A stretch of DNA of 39,408 bases from a virus (lineage: Duplodnaviria; Caudoviricetes): positions 1 through 39,408 of IMG/VR virus record IMGVR_UViG_3300023174_000335; one strand, written 5' to 3'. Shown here one piece after another: positions 18,901 to 28,600 of this stretch (within the stretch, counting starts at the first letter, position 1; every line of letters starts with the position of its first letter). A model generated the notes under the pieces. It did no database searches. It saw only the letters and a list, made by a program, of their open reading frames with translations, and was not told where the DNA came from. The position numbers and the translations under genes are program-made.

Positions 18901-21900
18901 AGAGTCTGATATTAAATTTGGATTTAATAATGTTTCTTTAAAAATATATGTATGATTGAGTTCATCTAATGCAAATAATTTAATAACACCATTATTATTT
19001 AATTTTCCACCAACGGCTAACCAAACCCCGTCATCACTAAATGCCAAGCTATTACCAAACTCATTTAAATCTGAATTTATAATTTGAAATATCGACCAAT
19101 CTGATATAATAGAAGGTTTATAATAAACAAAAACTTGATTGTTGGATGTTGCAATTGCTAGATAATTTGCCGACTTACTAATAGTAATTACTTTGCCAAA
19201 TCTACTATTATCAACAAGTTTTGTTCTGAATATTTTATTTCTGTTATAAACAGCATTATTTGCCCAAATTGCATATTTGTTGTCAACAGATTTGTTGATC
19301 CAAGCTAATTCATTTTCTTTAAGATAATATGGAATTTCCATATTATCTATTGTGTTAAATCTTTGTTTGTATAATTTATAAATTTTAATAGATTGCAATG
19401 GATCCTGTAAAGGAGTGGGGGTATAACTCTTTAAACTTGTTGAAACTGTAACAGTATTATTATCAATAGATTTAATATTACAAAATATATTCAATGGTTC
19501 ATAATTAGTTGTTATACCAATTATTTCACCAACTGTAAAATTAGGTATTTGATCCAAAACTAATACTATATCTTTGTTTACAGTATTAAATGTTATGGAA
19601 TTGACTGAATATTTCATATGAGTAAATCTATGAACATTCCAATCATCATTAAACTCATTTAATATAGGTTCAAAAGCTGTCCAAATATAGTCACCTGATG
19701 TAAAATTCGTTGGATTGATTGATAATAAATCTTCTAACTTATCGGTGTTAAATGCAACTTGAGTATATTTGACAAATCCAGGGGTACGCAAAAATGGTTT
19801 AAAGTTATCATTAACGACCCAAAGATCATTTTGATAATTTTTAGGCTTTAGGTATATGTCTTTTTGAGTTTGCCTAATTACAAAATCTAGTTTACTATTA
19901 TCAATAGTAGAAACTAATTCAATTGCTTGTGGATTAATTCTAAATAAGCTTTCATCTAAAACAAATTCTACTTCGTCAAATGCGTCTTTAGCACCATATT
20001 GTCCTGTCCTAATTGCCCATTCTTCAATAAAGTCTACACTATCTTTGTCGTCTGCACTTAAAACATCAAAAAGCTTATCTAAAGAATTTATAGTACCCTT
20101 ATCTTGGATCATTCCTTGATAAAATTTAAATTCACTTACATCATTTTTAATAATATTTTCTAAATATTGACGTTTTTGATAACCAATTAAATGTTGAGCC
20201 ATTTTTTGTTGCCCAATATCAAAATTGTCACTATCTAAATCATAAAAATCTGTAAACTGTAAAGCTTTGTAATCCCAGTTAGGCAACAATTCACTAACAG
20301 GTTTTTTATCTAATCTAATCCAATTATCTTTATCAAAAGTTTCTATACCTGGTAAAAAGTTATTTGCACTATAATAAAATTCTTTATATTTGACTATTTC
20401 ACCGAGATGATAATCATGCCAAGGCGCCCAATCATCTATATTAGCTTGATCATATATAAATCCTGGAGCATCTAAACTACCATCCCAATTAATTGTTTTA
20501 TATCCTGCAACTTGTATTTTTTCTTGTCTATATCCTGTTTCTAAATTATAAATTAAATCATTAAATTGAGTAACATTATCAATCAATAAAACATGTTCTT
20601 TTTGAACTAGATATAGGGTGGCTCCATATATTCCCAAGGTTTCATTTTTGGGTCTAAGGGTAAACATACCGTCATATCTAAGATAATTTAATAAATTTGG
20701 ATCATATTTTTGACCATCTGCTGAAAATATTTCATAATTAGCATGTTGCTCTCTAAGATCATTTACAGTATTATAATCTAATTTTAAATCTAATTGCAAT
20801 GCTGCTGGGCTCAAACTAATAGCTGCTGCACCATCTGAATTTAAATTTTCTAATTTATAAAAATTTGCAACATTAAAAACCTCACTTGGCTGTTGATCTT
20901 GCCTTGATCTATAGTAGTCCCCATTATAGAACACAATTTCACCAAGCTTATATGATTTAGTTTCAATCCAATCCGTATAGCTATCAGATCCTGAACTCCA
21001 ATTTTGTGTAGTCCAAAATAAAAATTCTTTTACACTAACTTCCCAGCTGGCAACATTTCTTAAATCTGAATTAAAATTATCAAAACTAAATCCTTGATCT
21101 TTTAAATATTCACCATGACCTTGTAAAAAGTCAACTACTTCCTGTATACTGTTTAACACAGTGCCATAGTTTAAAATTAATCTAGTTTTTTCCCATTTCT
21201 TTCTTAAATTAGCTGTCACACCGCCTACTAATGGAAGAGAGGAAATTTTTTGTAATAAATCATAACTAGGATTATCTTGACTGGTGTGACTAATTTTAAC
21301 TCTATAGTAATATCTATCAATTAATAATATATTGCTAGCTAGGTACTGTTGATTAGGTGACCATTCAATATAACTTTCACTAATGCCGCCTACATTGATA
21401 TTAATTCCAGGTTGAGTCCAAGCATAGTAATAAAAATAAGGATTAGTTTGATTATAACCTTTTATAGAATAACCAATTCCTCGTTTGGTTTTAATTTTAG
21501 TTACAATTACACCACTATATGATAGTTTTTTAGTTGGGCTACTGGTATTTAAAAATATTTTATAGTTTTCATTTGGTATAAAAACTCCAGACTTAGCTGC
21601 TGAACTTTTACTATCTAATATAAGTTGATATTTTTCTTTACTGGTAAATCCTGCTAGTCTATGACTTAATTTATTATTAATTAATTTTAAATCACTCTTA
21701 TATGTGTCTAAAAAACTACTATTGTCACCTTGTAAATAATCAGAAACATAATTAACTAGACCAGAAGTAAAAATTCTAACATTGTCATTTATAGTATTTG
21801 GCAATTTAAGATCCGTCAAACGTAATCTTAAATTTGTATCCTTATATACTAATTGATCATTTTTGTTTCTAATTATTCTAGATCTATCCAAATAACTGCC

Positions 21901-24900
21901 TAATACACGATTTGGCTGCATTAAAATCATAGTAATTATCAAACTAAATGGGTAATAACTACTGCGTCTCCATGCTGTTTCTACTGGTCCTTGATCACCA
22001 AATATATAATTTGAATTGCCAGTAGTATCAAATACTCCCTGTGCTAAATTACACACTATTGGATTTACCAAATTGCCCAACTCATCAACAGGTATATTGT
22101 TTAGTGCTGGTCTGGCGAATTTAGGATTTCTATTAATTGGTTTACTTGGTTCTTTGATTATACCATCTCGAAGATCTTGCCAAAGTATAAGATTATTAGA
22201 TGTATACGGGGCTGGCCCATAAATTTCCTCCCACCATTTTGGTTGAATAGTAAACCCTAAACTTTCCCAAGGTGTTAAATGTATACGGTCCGTGTCAAAA
22301 TAAAACTTATAAATACCACGCCAAAATGCCGGAATGTTGCTGCCATCTATTCCAATCGCTTCACTATAGTTAAATGTAAATGGATTTGACGCATCATAAA
22401 TTAGAGATTGACTAAAATCTTTATCAATTAAACCAGTCCATTTAAAAAAGTTAGGTGCTAATATTTCATTAAATTCATTTAAAGAATATTCAGTTGTTCT
22501 ATTAGCTCCTGGTATAAAGTCATATATGTCTAATATAGTTTCATCGTAATGAATTTTAATATTATTAAAGATTCTTTTTTCTAATTCTAATATTACATCA
22601 TCTCGATAATCATTATAAGCCAATATTACACTACCATCATGCCCTTGAATCAAATACTTTGGTTCTAATAACGTGGTATCTAAATATTTTTTAGGCTCAA
22701 ATTTAGGATATAATCCTAATACAGTTGGTGTTGGTGGTATAAAACACCCATCTGTACTTTCATATTCATAAACAGTTAATATATCGTTTTCTTTAATTGG
22801 GGCTAGTACTTCAATGAATCCATCAAAACCAAATATGTAATCTCGTTCATGAATTAATTGAACAGTGTTTAAGTAAACATTTACAGCTTTATATCCCAAT
22901 TCATTTAATGTGAATGGAGCAGATAGAGGATATTTGATTACTCTATAATCTTGTACTGTAAAATTAGTTTCTTTATTTGCACCATAACCTAGTACATCAC
23001 TGAAATAATAAGGTGCTGTTTTAGGTATTCCTTGGTTGATATCAAATAATATTTGATCTACTGATTCTTTAATTGATATGTCATTTGACATGTCAGTTAA
23101 ATGATTGATAAAATTTCGTTTAAATTTGCCGTAGTCGTCTCTGGCTTTTTCTAATGCTTTTATAATATTGGCATTATCATTTGTTAAATGATATAGAGAT
23201 GGGTTAATACTTCCACTATGTTGAACAAATTTTACACCATAAGCACTAATATTTGAAAGATCTCTTAGGTTGCTTATTCCAGGATAATTTCCTGTAAATA
23301 AATTAAGATTATCTATTATAGAGTCTACATGATCAATAACTTCACCTAAAGTAAAATCATTAATATTATTGTTTAGTGGGTTATTTTGAAAATTTATTGG
23401 GAAATCATACTTACCATTGCTGTTTTTACTTTGTTTACTATAACATTTTAACGTGACAATATCTAAATCTGTTACATTATTTCTTAATACAACTATTTTG
23501 TAAGAAATATTATCTTCTATATGAAATAGAGTTTTGTCTAATCTTTTACCATTTATATAAACTTTTACTAATAAATCATCAAGATTGTCTTTATCATCGT
23601 ATACATCAATAGGAAAATTATTATATAAATTAGAATTTTTGTAAATTCTTATGATAGGTTGAACATTTTTTAGTTTATTTTTAGTCCACCCATTGAGATA
23701 TTCGCTGCCTAATTTATTATTTTTTTTAATAAATTTATTATCAGTGCTTTCTGTTACTACCTCAGATTGTATTTTATACGAAAAAGAATTTTGTAATAGA
23801 TCAAAATTAAAAAGAATATCGCCCACATTGTTAATATTCTTGTAACTTAACGCAAATGTCAACTCAGAATCTGCTGTGCCAGTACCTATTTTATAGGAAA
23901 AAATCTTATTTCCTGAAAAAGTTGATCCATCATATTTGTCTAAATCACTTAAACTAACACCTTCTTCATCAAATAAGTCAAACAAAGGTTGTTGATTTTG
24001 TGTTGATTTTGTTTGCCCAATAATCCATTTTGTACCGTTATACCATAACATTTGTGCTGTATATTTTGCACCAGTTTTAACCAATAATACGTCATGTAAA
24101 TTTGGTAATGTATCAGGTTCTTCTTCTAAATGAATTCTTCTTACACCAATAGCACTATTATTTTCATGTGTGGTAATAAAATTTACTCGATATATTTTGC
24201 CATCAACTAAAGGATCATTGTCACCTGTAAACAATATTCTATGTCCGTCAAGTAAAGACACTCCGTCAATATTATAGCCTAAAGAACCTTCTATAATGGA
24301 AAACACATCACTGGTAAAATCATCTACTAAATCAATATCTTGTTTGGGAGTAGTACCAAAATTATAAAGTTTAATATTTGCATTAAATTCTATAATTGGA
24401 CGTTTAGCCCGTTGTGCTTGATCAAATACTGGTTGCTGCCCTAGCTCAATCGCTGTTTTTTCTATTATGGATTCATGGAACCAGCGATTATATCTACTCC
24501 AAGGATTTCTATCTGAACTAGCTCTATTAATTGAAATATAATCCTTGACCAATGGAGCATATTTAACATCATTGTATGCCAATTTATCATATCCAGTGTC
24601 GTCAAACGTTACTTCAAAATCTTTAGTATAAGGTGCTATAATTTCTAATTGTTTTTCAGAGATAAGTTGAATCTTATCCCCTACACCTTCTACATAAAAG
24701 TCGCCTTCACTGTATAAACTTGGAGTTACACGACCTTTGAAATTAACTTTCATTCCATTACTTAAACTTAGACCACTGGCTAGTGTGTATGTTTGTTTAT
24801 TGATTATCTCATTCTCAACATCTATTGCTGTATTTTCCGTAATATCAAAAATTTTAATAATTCCTGACGTATCGGGAGAATTTTCACTAACATAATATAA

Positions 24901-25659
24901 CACGTCTGCGCATTCTAATGGAACCGTAAATGTTATTATACCATTTTCTATGGCATATCTATCTACACCATCTATAAATCTATTTGCTTCGCCTATTTGC
25001 CTTTGAGTTTTTATGCTAAAAGGTTCATTAGGGCAATCAATTTCAAATTGATATGTTTGACCACGATACAAAGTTAATGACGGATTTCTAGTTAATCCAT
25101 CTGGTGTGAAAAGAAATGCTCTATTATCACCTTCATCACTTAGAACTACCTTGTAGGTACTAGTTATGGCTAGTTGTTGCCCAGGGATTGTTATAGCATC
25201 TGGACCAAATGGCAGCCAATAATAATGTGCAAAATTAACAATTTTATCCCAATCTATATGTGGTTCCCAGCTATAAAACTCTTGTTGATTAACTCTTTCA
25301 TGATTATCAGTGCAACCACCTAATACTGTCAAAGTATTAACATAATCCAAATAATCTTTATAAAAATTTACATTTCCTAAGACATCTTCAATGACCAAAC
25401 TTGGTTCAAGTTGATAATTTTGTCTGTCTTGAATGGGCTCATTTAAGAAGATATCACTAGCTGATGTAGCTTTAGAATTTTCTCTGCCTATATGCCCATT
25501 GAGACGACGTACAGTTCCACTTTGTATAAGTTGATTAATTGTTCCAGAAATAAACTTTTTGTTGCTGTCAGTTCTATAAAATCTAGGAATAAGATTTTCA
25601 GCTTTCCTTCTTTGATTAGGATCAATAGGCGGAGTATTTTCTAATTGATTATCTGCCAT
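12910..25659 (-). CDS. Giant multidomain baseplate wedge protein (gp7-like position), 4249 aa
   Basis: A 12.75-kb uninterrupted ORF coupled to gp6 by TAATG. It contains a cupredoxin-like segment (NPSLTLYRGQTYQF...ITFTVP...LYY), three CBM-like modules (~20370-21370), a beta-propeller with FG-x5-S repeats (~18090-19210), V-x2-(S/G)G(Y/S)GY repeats (~15600-16920), and C-terminal beta-sandwich repeats ending in ERIEY...LRRGTWGT. Confidence 0.75.
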   Translation of the reverse strand: MADNQLENTPPIDPNQRRKAENLIPRFYRTDSNKKFISGTINQLIQSGTVRRLNGHIGRENSKATSASDIFLNEPIQDRQNYQLEPSLVIEDVLGNVNFYKDYLDYVNTLTVLGGCTDNHERVNQQEFYSWEPHIDWDKIVNFAHYYWLPFGPDAITIPGQQLAITSTYKVVLSDEGDNRAFLFTPDGLTRNPSLTLYRGQTYQFEIDCPNEPFSIKTQRQIGEANRFIDGVDRYAIENGIITFTVPLECADVLYYVSENSPDTSGIIKIFDITENTAIDVENEIINKQTYTLASGLSLSNGMKVNFKGRVTPSLYSEGDFYVEGVGDKIQLISEKQLEIIAPYTKDFEVTFDDTGYDKLAYNDVKYAPLVKDYISINRASSDRNPWSRYNRWFHESIIEKTAIELGQQPVFDQAQRAKRPIIEFNANIKLYNFGTTPKQDIDLVDDFTSDVFSIIEGSLGYNIDGVSLLDGHRILFTGDNDPLVDGKIYRVNFITTHENNSAIGVRRIHLEEEPDTLPNLHDVLLVKTGAKYTAQMLWYNGTKWIIGQTKSTQNQQPLFDLFDEEGVSLSDLDKYDGSTFSGNKIFSYKIGTGTADSELTFALSYKNINNVGDILFNFDLLQNSFSYKIQSEVVTESTDNKFIKKNNKLGSEYLNGWTKNKLKNVQPIIRIYKNSNLYNNFPIDVYDDKDNLDDLLVKVYINGKRLDKTLFHIEDNISYKIVVLRNNVTDLDIVTLKCYSKQSKNSNGKYDFPINFQNNPLNNNINDFTLGEVIDHVDSIIDNLNLFTGNYPGISNLRDLSNISAYGVKFVQHSGSINPSLYHLTNDNANIIKALEKARDDYGKFKRNFINHLTDMSNDISIKESVDQILFDINQGIPKTAPYYFSDVLGYGANKETNFTVQDYRVIKYPLSAPFTLNELGYKAVNVYLNTVQLIHERDYIFGFDGFIEVLAPIKENDILTVYEYESTDGCFIPPTPTVLGLYPKFEPKKYLDTTLLEPKYLIQGHDGSVILAYNDYRDDVILELEKRIFNNIKIHYDETILDIYDFIPGANRTTEYSLNEFNEILAPNFFKWTGLIDKDFSQSLIYDASNPFTFNYSEAIGIDGSNIPAFWRGIYKFYFDTDRIHLTPWESLGFTIQPKWWEEIYGPAPYTSNNLILWQDLRDGIIKEPSKPINRNPKFARPALNNIPVDELGNLVNPIVCNLAQGVFDTTGNSNYIFGDQGPVETAWRRSSYYPFSLIITMILMQPNRVLGSYLDRSRIIRNKNDQLVYKDTNLRLRLTDLKLPNTINDNVRIFTSGLVNYVSDYLQGDNSSFLDTYKSDLKLINNKLSHRLAGFTSKEKYQLILDSKSSAAKSGVFIPNENYKIFLNTSSPTKKLSYSGVIVTKIKTKRGIGYSIKGYNQTNPYFYYYAWTQPGININVGGISESYIEWSPNQQYLASNILLIDRYYYRVKISHTSQDNPSYDLLQKISSLPLVGGVTANLRKKWEKTRLILNYGTVLNSIQEVVDFLQGHGEYLKDQGFSFDNFNSDLRNVASWEVSVKEFLFWTTQNWSSGSDSYTDWIETKSYKLGEIVFYNGDYYRSRQDQQPSEVFNVANFYKLENLNSDGAAAISLSPAALQLDLKLDYNTVNDLREQHANYEIFSADGQKYDPNLLNYLRYDGMFTLRPKNETLGIYGATLYLVQKEHVLLIDNVTQFNDLIYNLETGYRQEKIQVAGYKTINWDGSLDAPGFIYDQANIDDWAPWHDYHLGEIVKYKEFYYSANNFLPGIETFDKDNWIRLDKKPVSELLPNWDYKALQFTDFYDLDSDNFDIGQQKMAQHLIGYQKRQYLENIIKNDVSEFKFYQGMIQDKGTINSLDKLFDVLSADDKDSVDFIEEWAIRTGQYGAKDAFDEVEFVLDESLFRINPQAIELVSTIDNSKLDFVIRQTQKDIYLKPKNYQNDLWVVNDNFKPFLRTPGFVKYTQVAFNTDKLEDLLSINPTNFTSGDYIWTAFEPILNEFNDDWNVHRFTHMKYSVNSITFNTVNKDIVLVLDQIPNFTVGEIIGITTNYEPLNIFCNIKSIDNNTVTVSTSLKSYTPTPLQDPLQSIKIYKLYKQRFNTIDNMEIPYYLKENELAWINKSVDNKYAIWANNAVYNRNKIFRTKLVDNSRFGKVITISKSANYLAIATSNNQVFVYYKPSIISDWSIFQIINSDLNEFGNSLAFSDDGVWLAVGGKLNNNGVIKLFALDELNHTYIFKETLLNPNLISDSYFGYKIKFAYDQTYSLTVSSTDGESVSGIIYYFKNFEDSSAWQFITSIEPSDVDCEDQPFAYEFDVDQTASILSISTSLTHDGQGKVLIFERIGEAFTKIHEITKLNQTNFGRAISLSENATYLAISSNEAVYVYKDYVLFQTLNGRNNRDTNEDFGTYIKFVNDEKTIVIFSKLGDSSKNNLFNYEDSTVSYEDSTVSYNDSSINLDSGRVDVYDRYENKFIYAESLGVESSQAEEYGYQVAVADNDILVSAPNAQNDFRNGAVYTHYRSNYSWKIIEEESPKIDLSLFKKIFLYNKRSNQLLTYLDIVDITQGKIPGKAEEQIKYKTYYDPATYTYKASESDLDVNVDDGMCWLDQQVGTLWWDLRRAKFLDAHIGDITYKNSTWNTLYDSASIDIYEWVESSVPPSDWDDISNTVDGITENITGTTLYGNSAYSVKRKYDSISKKFTSLYYFWVKNKSTLPNSINRINSALEIANIISNPKGQGLKYIEFTNTNSISLTNIKNLLSSKDVVLSIQYWLPSIDHSTNIHSEWKIISENEKTEIPKQLERKWIDSLVGFDENGKMIPDISLPPKQRYGIEFKPRQSMFVNRLEAIKQVIERFNSEFKKIQIDNIDLTDLLKKDQAPSEIFGLYDYVIDTEKELRFINVDAFKKASLSLSIENGKVVSVTVLDSGYGYQYAPPITISGPGQYAKVQTKLNSTGGIEEVNVLSQGEGYDISNTGLSIRTITVLVRSDSTVFGNWCIYTYSNNTWSKIKIQEYDVTNFWNYIDWYTDGYNQFTKIDYVVDSTYQLFTNNCKIGQIVKVNNVGSSGWLLLKKYSNTESIDYTQSFQVIGRQNGSLQLSNKFYNVKFNKLGYDGSLYDINKFDNSGSIELRIILNSLKDKILIDNRRILYLNLFFLSVKYALSEQPFVDWVFKTSFVKALHNIGELRQKITYNNDNLEDFENYIAEVKPYRTKIREFVSVYNNMENTQSLVTDFDLPSYVSQNQIIAIQTRATNGLSYFDNVVDDYPWRLWKENASFSIKEIKVFDGGSGYLSRPIVKIIGSCTTPATARAFIAKGEVIEIQILNEGSGYFKAPTIIIEGHLDIDGKSAKATAIIKNDLVRTNSMSLRFDRYAKESIENILPLTKTETFLGDAATISYDLIYSPNTEKGKTSVTFTINNIIVDVIKDDYSLVKTSKLSSDGSHTVYYGQIVFDTPPPLGCVITVNYTKDFHHLKALDRITHYYDPESGMIGRDFAQLMTGIDYGGVSIVGINFDPPEKWDSENNPWGEKLWDPRTANDDTRIYDALIQGGKFGKNGNTPYITASGMNADDIIIDGDRFISPLTSPAPEEMLPGHVADTLVIKVSDVLINESADITCDNYISDGAMTSYKISQYPNSKSAVVIKVGSDILRPKLDYNVDFNSLEIKLVSAPPQGKIVSIITLGFNGNNILEMDHKIVETASKELLLNFDWRDDVELMVLVSGEVMNYTLFKTDDTYSLKNKLAIKFVDEIAVGQVINYVIFRKLSNTATSVVSRETITTDGTTLRYNLLNPVGKSSPLTQNTIVRVGNEILNSTDSFSFVLQNNVYSYDIPLGKGSVSDEEVFNIIEDYKVYIDNNEVQLGDAYNIDLITQKVIIKPNYYVENAKVIVTLVKYSDYTIGKDDDSNYIEFKTAYPDNTRIEVISMYNHDILNIQRSDYTVKSNIENYENSIYYLEAIKVSGGILTLDRPIINANYVWVIKNKTLLIPNMDYVLSDNKTEVILNVIPTTQDRFSVLTFSANTSREPIAFMQFKDILNRSHYKRISKNRTTYLTKELKFSDKEVEVDDPTTLNEPNISLNQPGVVYINGERIEYFIKNQNKISQLRRGTWGTGIPKIHELGTEVLDIGVAETIPYEDKTDVQEWDPNVGLPYIPSKDSIEVFVGGVRQRKNPYTLHDARIHPESPEGDVDYPADFTIDETTAQLNLNSTPRLGIKTQVVRKTLTLWNDPGKDIANSSNSVAYFLKFKPKKLNNG
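18292..18345. repeat. 21-nt tandem repeat (about 2.5 copies) encoding YEDSTVS-YEDSTVS-YNDSS
   Basis: Plus-strand units are actatcattgtagcttactgt / actatcttcatagcttactgt / gctatcctcata. Confidence 0.9.
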
Positions 25660-28600
25660 TAATATTCCCCAGTACTACTAGAAATATTTTGTTGTGACAC
25701 AACTGTATTAGTTACATTTATAGCACCATCAGCTGATATATTACTGGCCGTTATGGCTGTAATTACTTCAATATCGTCAGTAGTAGCTCCATTAATAAAA
25801 ATTTGATCACTTTCTGCTTTTATTTCAAATAAACTACCAAAATGTAAATCTGGTTGCCTAGGTACTATGACAATGTTAACTAGGTAGGGTGTAGTTTTAT
25901 TCATAATGTAAGTTACTAATTCACTAAAATAAAAACTATCACCAAAATCCCAATTTTCCACAGAAAAGAATTCATTTATAGCAGATAAAACACTAGTTCT
26001 TATTTCATTATCACTGATAATTTGCTCAGGATTTTTAATTACTTTAAAACTGGCTCTAAGATTTAAACTAGCATTACTGCCAAATAATACTTTGTATTTT
26101 ACTGGATGATAGATAACTTCATCACTCATAGCTTTGATAGAATTTAATTCTTTAGACAATGTTAAATTTAATTGATCTGAACTTAATGGTAAAGGCTCTG
26201 TGTCTAATTTGCCAATTAACCATCTTCTAAAATCTAAATCATATTGTTTAGTCAATACGTAAAGATCCATGATATTAATTTGTCCTGGATCAATTCTAGA
26301 TTCGTAATCTGCACTATGTATGTATTGAAATTTTAAATCTGATCTACCTTGAAAAACTTTATAATCTAAGTTAGCTATAAATCTTCCTTTGGCTGCATCC
26401 CATTTTTGCACAGTATTAGTATCTATAAAGTAATAATATTGATCGGCAATTTTATTAATTATAGAACCAATGCTAGGTTTAATTTCTACTAGATTTTTAT
26501 CATTACTAATTTTGTTTTTGACATATCTATAATCTGTTTGACCATTAGATATTTCATATTTTTCTAAAATTATGTATCTTGATTGGTCTGTACTCGGATC
26601 CACTATGATATCAAAAATATTTGGATCATCAACAACCCCGTCGTCATTGCTGTCATTAAAGGTTATTTCTATTTTTTTAGTATCTACATAACCGTCTATG
26701 CCTAAAAATTCTTTATGAATTTCCCAATCTAAATTATAGGTAAAGGGAATTATTTGATTTAAGCTAGCTGGATTAGTATTAATGTTTAATATTTTTATTT
26801 GATCTTTAACAATTGTGTTGCTTCTAGTGTCATAAATTTTATTAGTACTATCATAATGAAAACGAATTTGTTTGTCACTTTCAAAAATATATTTTAATTT
26901 TCTAGCTTTAACATTATAATATTCAGTGTCAGTGGTAAACAATAATAGCCAACTGCTATCTAATTTTTGATTACTGTTGTCACCAGATTTACCAATGTTA
27001 AAGCTGTCAATAATATTAAGATTGCTTTCAAATATTATTTTCCAATTTTTAGATGGTATATCGTATCTAAGACCAAATGGTTTGTTAGCAAAAATTAAAT
27101 CAATAATATTTGTAATAGTGGCAGTATCTAAAGTAGTTCTCCATCTAGGTATAATATTTACTAGTCGAGTATTAGATGGAATTTGATTGTTTAAAGTAAT
27201 TGCTCCATTGCCACTTGTTAATATGCCTGTTGGATCATCAGTATTGCTTCCTAGTCCATTATTAGTAACACTCACAACTTTGGCCCAAACATAAGTTGAC
27301 CCTCCAATTGGGATTCCTGAATTAGGTATAGTTACAAGAGTATTTTCATTTGATCTATCAAAATAAAATCCAGTTTTTGCTTCAAATTTGATTAATGCCC
27401 CTGGTTCTATATTTTTTAAATCACTATTAGTTGTGCCAATTACTGTTTGAGCCAAGTCTGCAAAATAACCAGTACATTGATTAGTATCTTGAGTTACTTG
27501 ATTCCATGTTAAATTATTGTATATTACTACTGTTTTACCATAATTGTCATAATAAAAATTACGGAGATTTATGTCTTTAATAAAATTAAAAACTTGATTA
27601 TAAATTACACCTTCAATATCTGTTTTATTAATGTAATTAAATCTAAAACTGTCTTCATATGTTTGCTTATAAAGAACACCGTCATCGCCAAATAAATTTG
27701 TACTGCTATATTTGCCAGTTGGATCATTCAAATCAAAATATCTACTAATACCACTACTAGATCTATTAACTGCTTTAATTTTTATTATTTCTTGACTAAC
27801 ACTCAATGGACTAATATTATAATCCTCTGCTGTAATCATACGATTTTGTGTATAGTATGTAGCAGGTGCATTAATTTTTATTTGTTCATTGGTTTCAAAA
27901 GGTGCGCTATTGTTTACACTAGTTTGAAGTCCCATAGTTATGGTTATGACTTCACTTTGTCCTGTATTGGAAATATACTGAATATCTACTACAACATTTT
28001 TAATATCTTTAGGATTAATAGTATATCTAAGACCATTACTGATTCGATAATATATTCTAAAATTACCCATTGGTAAGGTGCCAAAGGTGCCATCACTAAA
28101 TGCCACACTAACTCTATCATTGGTCCTAGTAATGACTGAATAGATATTCCTAATATTTTTCTTTAAGCTGTTATATATTATATTATTGCCTTCAAAACTT
28201 GGTACTTTTGCCCAAAATTCTGACTCAACACCTCTAGAATTTAATTTATACAACCAAACATCTGTATTATTAATGTTATCAGCATCAATATCTATAATTT
28301 CATTTGTGCTAGGGTTTGAAATACTAAATGTACCAGTGTTCAAACTACCCTGTCTAAAATGTGCAAAAAAACCAGAACTAGGACTGGCTGCTCCCCTGCC
28401 ATCATCTCTATAAAGAAATGCTAAACTTTTACCTGCTTGTGGTGGATCTTCAACGATATCAATACCATTTTCTATAATGGTACTAACTACCTCAAAATTC
28501 ATAGTCCTACCATCTACTACTTTGTTAAATGTGTATACGGGAATTACTGTATTTAAAGTTTGTAATCTATATTGTTCTGTAGGTATATTATAAATTACTG

